Assembly: GCA_964543965.1 (NCBI GenBank)
Contig: CAZJAX010000002.1
Span: 1-43,451 of the forward strand
Length of the DNA: 43,451 nt
Reading direction: 5' to 3'
DNA from: an uncultured Planctomycetia bacterium
GTDB lineage: Bacteria; Omnitrophota; Gorgyraeia; 2-02-FULL-51-18
Shown: positions 40,416 to 43,451 of the stretch, one piece after another
Layout of the letters: every line of letters begins with the position of its first letter
Position numbering within the stretch: the first letter of the stretch is position 1
Position numbers and translations under genes: made by a program
Notes under the pieces: model-generated
Database searches by the model: none
Told to the model about the DNA's origin: nothing
Seen by the model: the letters and a program-made list of their open reading frames with translations, nothing else

Positions 40416-40916
40416 ATGAAAAAAATAATGCGGTCTTTGGCGCTGGCCGCCTGCCTTATCCTGCCCGCCTGTGCGGTGGCGGAAGAAGGCGCTCTGCGGA
40501 CGGTGACACGCGTGTTTGACGGCGATACGATCCAGCTCGAGAACGGCGAGAAAGTCCGCCTGATCGGCGTAGACACGCCGGAAATCCATGATGACGACGG
40601 CCGCAACGCCGCTCACGCATCGCGTTTCCGTAAAAGCGAAGCGCTCATTGACGAATTTTCAGAAAAAGCCAAAGATTTTACGGAGCGGGCTGTGCTCGGC
40701 CGTAAGGTGCGCCTCGAATACGATTGGGAGCGACGCGATAAGTTCGGCCGCACGCTCGCCTATGTTTACCGTGATCCTGACGGATTTTTTTTAAACGCGG
40801 AGATATTGATGAGAGGCTGCGGTTTCGCTTATACGCGGTTTCCTTTCAAATACAGGGATGAATTCCGCAGTTACGAAGAGGGGGCACGGCGCGGACGTGA
40901 AGGACTTTGGCGATGA
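40416..40916 (+). CDS. Thermonuclease (staphylococcal nuclease-like) family protein, secreted or lipoprotein
   Basis: VTRVFDGDTIQLENGEKVRLIGVDTPE, GRTLAYVY and LNAEILMRGCGFAY. The signal is LAACLILPACA. Confidence 0.85.
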   Translation: MKKIMRSLALAACLILPACAVAEEGALRTVTRVFDGDTIQLENGEKVRLIGVDTPEIHDDDGRNAAHASRFRKSEALIDEFSEKAKDFTERAVLGRKVRLEYDWERRDKFGRTLAYVYRDPDGFFLNAEILMRGCGFAYTRFPFKYRDEFRSYEEGARRGREGLWR

Positions 40917-40984
40917 AATCGCTTTTTCACCGGGGGAAACGGTGATAAACTTGAATCGCTTGCCGGTCTAAACGGAGGATGTCC

Positions 40985-41656
40985 ATGGAAAGACATTTTG
41001 ACGAAGAGCAGAAAAATCTAAAGCAGAAGCTTTTGCAGATGGGCGATACTGCCCAGGAAATGATCGGCTTGGCCATCAAGAGCCTCGTCGAGCGCAAAGA
41101 GTCGCTGGCCACGGAAGTCTTCGCTCTCGAAGAAAAGGTCAACCACATGGAGATCGAGATCGAGGAGGAGGTGCTGAAGCTCATGGCTCTCCGCCAGCCG
41201 GCCGCGCGCGATCTGCGCCTCCTGACCGCGATCCTGAAGATCAATAACGATCTTGAGCGCGTCGCCGATCAGGCGGTGAACATCGCGGAATTGTCCATAT
41301 TTCTCCTGAAAGAACCCAATCTGAAGCCTCTGATCGACATCCCGCACATGGCAAATCTCGCCCAGCGCATGATCAAGAACAGTCTCGAGGCTTTCGTCCA
41401 GCACGACCCGAAGCTCGCCAAAGAGGTCTGCGCCGACGATGACGAGGTCGACCGCATCAACGACCAGATCTTCCGCGAGCTTTTGACCTACATGATGGAA
41501 GATCCCAAAAGCATCACTCGTGCCGTCGATCTCATCCTCGTGAGCCGCAACCTCGAGCGCATCGCCGACCACGCGACGAATATTTCCGAAGACGTGATCT
41601 TTATCGAGGTGGGAAAGAACATCAAGCATCATTTCCAGGACGAAGCTCAGGCCTAA
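40985..41656 (+). CDS. phoU: Phosphate signalling complex protein PhoU
   Basis: Two PhoU repeats with the ERVADQAVNIAE and ERIADHATNISE motifs. I prefer ATG 40985, 6 nt after GGAGG, over ATG 40979. Confidence 0.9.
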   Translation: MERHFDEEQKNLKQKLLQMGDTAQEMIGLAIKSLVERKESLATEVFALEEKVNHMEIEIEEEVLKLMALRQPAARDLRLLTAILKINNDLERVADQAVNIAELSIFLLKEPNLKPLIDIPHMANLAQRMIKNSLEAFVQHDPKLAKEVCADDDEVDRINDQIFRELLTYMMEDPKSITRAVDLILVSRNLERIADHATNISEDVIFIEVGKNIKHHFQDEAQA

Positions 41657-41659
41657 CCT

Positions 41660-42286
41660 GTGCCGGAAGGATCTCTTAGCACGGCGCTGATCCTGCTCAT
41701 CCTTCTTTATTCTATCATTCTTCACGAAGTCAGCCACGGCATCGCCGCCCTGCTGAACGGCGATGTCACGGCGCGCGAAGCCGGACGCCTGACACTCAAT
41801 CCCGCGCCTCACATCGATCTCATCGGTTCCGTGCTTTTGCCGGCGGCGCTCTTTTTTTCCGGTACGGGCCTGATGTTCGGATGGGCAAAACCCGTGCCCT
41901 TCGATGCGCGGCGCTTTCGCAGACGGCGTCTCGGGATATTCACGGTGGGTTTGGCTGGACCGCTGACCAACGTCATTCTTGCAGTAATTTTCGCCTGGGC
42001 TTACCGTAATCTGGCCGTGAGCGTCGATGCCAGCCAGATCCTTTTGTACGGCGCTGCGATAAATGTGGGGCTTGCGATCTTCAATCTGATCCCGATCCCG
42101 CCGCTCGACGGTTCGCGCGCCGTGATGGTCTTTTTGCCTCCTTCGGCCCGGCGGCTGTACTCTTCGGTAGAGCGATGGGGGTTCGTCATCATTCTTTTCC
42201 TCGCATATTCGGGCGCGCTTCGCCCGCTGATCACTCCGGTTTTCGTGAAGGCGATGACTTGGCTCACCGGAGCCGCAGTTCAATAA
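41660..42286 (+). CDS. Site-2 protease family (peptidase M50) membrane metalloprotease
   Basis: HEVSHG (HExxH) in TM1 and NLIPIPPLDGS (the LDG motif). GTG start. Confidence 0.85.
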   Translation: MPEGSLSTALILLILLYSIILHEVSHGIAALLNGDVTAREAGRLTLNPAPHIDLIGSVLLPAALFFSGTGLMFGWAKPVPFDARRFRRRRLGIFTVGLAGPLTNVILAVIFAWAYRNLAVSVDASQILLYGAAINVGLAIFNLIPIPPLDGSRAVMVFLPPSARRLYSSVERWGFVIILFLAYSGALRPLITPVFVKAMTWLTGAAVQ

Positions 42287-42481
42287 GGGGTAAGCGCTTT
42301 AAGTACCTTTTATAACCATATCAGTCATACCCTCACTCCCTTTAACAACTTTTAACTAAAACTTCACTCCTTCTATTTATTAATTGCCATTTTTTTTATA
42401 AATTGTTACTATTACTTATAATTCTTAGTAATAGTTACATTTTATTCTTTTATAAGTAGTAATAATAGAAGGATTGAAGAT

Positions 42482-43451
42482 ATCGTTACTAAATATACGC
42501 TTATACTAACCGTTGTGTCATTGTTCGCATCGGCGACTTTTCTTTTTGCTGCGGATACGACCATCAAGGGGACAGGCGCGACCAGCGCGAGCGCATCTCT
42601 TGAGATCACAAATTCTGCTGATACCAGTCTGATGCTGATACGCAATGACGGCAATGTCGGCATCGGGGATGTGACGCCGGCTTCGCTTTTCACCGTCGGC
42701 AGCGGGGATCTCTTTCAAGTCGATACCGCGGGGGATATCGTGAAGCTGAAAAATGTAACATATTCATGGCCATCTTCACAAGGCGGGAGCAGCACTTATT
42801 TGAGAAACGACGGAAGCGGCAATCTCACTTGGGCCGCTGTCGCGGGGGGCTCGGGAAATACTCTGGATCAGGCCTATGATCAAGGGGGAGCCGGCGCGGG
42901 CCGGAGCGTCACAGTCGATACGGGGGCTGTGCAGCTTAACGGTTCCAACGCCGCTGATGAAACGCTCGAGGTTTTCAATACGGCCAACGGCGGAGTGATG
43001 CTCGTCGAAAATTCGGGGTCAGGGGATTCTTTCAGGGTGAACGATTCAGCGGGCGACGGCACTCCCTTTATCATAGACAATTCCGGGAACGTCGGAGCAG
43101 GCGATGTGACTCCTGATGCAGCGCTGGAAGTGCTTTCGTCCGCAGAGCAGCTTCGTCTTTCGCAGACGGACAACACCAATGACAGCCGTTTTACGGTGGA
43201 CGCATCAGGAAATCTAATCATCGATAACACAGGCTCGAAGACGATCGCCGCTGACGATCTCCAGGTGAGCGGAAATGATATCCTGGATTCTACCGCGACA
43301 GCCCGCCTGACGCTCGGCGCTACAAATACCGTCACCGGCAATCTTTCGACGAGCGGAACGATAGCTTCGGGGACAGCTTCCGCGTCTAACGGCTCGCTGA
43401 CTTTTTCGAATTCAACGAACGCAAACACGATCACGATCCAGACCGGGGCGA
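42482..43451 (+). CDS. Secreted Gly/Ser/Asn/Thr-rich repeat protein (tail-fibre / adhesin-like), 3'-truncated by the window edge, start codon unresolved
   Basis: The frame is open from 42422 to the end of the window and is absent from the ORF track because it has no stop. The signal-like segment is KYTLILTVVSLFASATFLFAADT. The units NDGNVGIGDVTPASLFTV and NSGNVGAGDVTPDAALEV repeat. No in-frame ATG precedes the signal peptide; the candidates are ATC 42482 (8 nt after GAAGGA), ATT 42473 and GTG 42515. Confidence 0.6.
   Translation, partial: MVTKYTLILTVVSLFASATFLFAADTTIKGTGATSASASLEITNSADTSLMLIRNDGNVGIGDVTPASLFTVGSGDLFQVDTAGDIVKLKNVTYSWPSSQGGSSTYLRNDGSGNLTWAAVAGGSGNTLDQAYDQGGAGAGRSVTVDTGAVQLNGSNAADETLEVFNTANGGVMLVENSGSGDSFRVNDSAGDGTPFIIDNSGNVGAGDVTPDAALEVLSSAEQLRLSQTDNTNDSRFTVDASGNLIIDNTGSKTIAADDLQVSGNDILDSTATARLTLGATNTVTGNLSTSGTIASGTASASNGSLTFSNSTNANTITIQTGA

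Noticed and set aside
41018-42283. 421-aa ORF on the minus strand spanning PhoU and the M50 protease
   Set aside because: It is antisense to two genes with unambiguous family motifs. Its translation is Arg/Asp/Gly-rich and of low complexity, with no recognisable motif. This is a typical shadow ORF in GC-rich DNA.

Overview
High-GC (roughly 58-60% by eye) bacterial chromosomal window with sharply AT-rich intergenic islands. I saw no mobile elements or CRISPR arrays. All family calls rest on motif recognition by eye, since no database search was possible.

Layout:
- 1-9091 (+): a translationally coupled Wzy-type exopolysaccharide operon. It encodes a SAM methyltransferase, a GT2, a B12-radical SAM enzyme, a CE4-like deacetylase, a priming sugar-phosphate transferase, a Gfo/Idh/MocA oxidoreductase, a Wza-like exporter, a Wzz-like protein and a Wzy/O-antigen-ligase-like protein.
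- 9088-11428 (-): VanZ, an acyl-CoA desaturase and a secreted GH16 glucanase.
- 11542-31457 (+): the unusual core, described below.
- 31487-43451: a CheY-like receiver and a convergent histidine kinase, a polytopic membrane protein, initiator tRNA-fMet with a clear promoter and terminator, an RluA-family pseudouridine synthase and MsrA. These are followed by an orphan type IV pilin-like cluster, an entericidin-like lipoprotein overlapping a second PilZ gene, an EamA transporter, a thermonuclease, PhoU, an M50 protease and a 3'-truncated secreted repeat protein.

The core holds two giant ORFs of 3750 aa and 2033 aa. Between them lie a secreted DUF255/thioredoxin-(alpha/alpha)6 protein and a small PilZ protein.
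- Both giants share a paralogous promoter, leader, TTG start, N-terminal hydrophobic anchor and a ~500-aa module that resembles the TraB/GumN/Tiki superfamily.
- Both are punctuated at apparent domain boundaries by a recurrent G-A-R-L-[A/S] pentapeptide.
- In giant 1 the inter-motif segments carry an HD-GYP domain, a GT4, a processive-type GT2 with internal TM helices, a Rossmann methyltransferase-like module and several unknown modules.
- Giant 2 carries a GH13-like TIM-barrel module.

My leading hypothesis is a c-di-GMP-linked polyprotein-like or modular glycan mega-enzyme system. This is inference, not an established fact.
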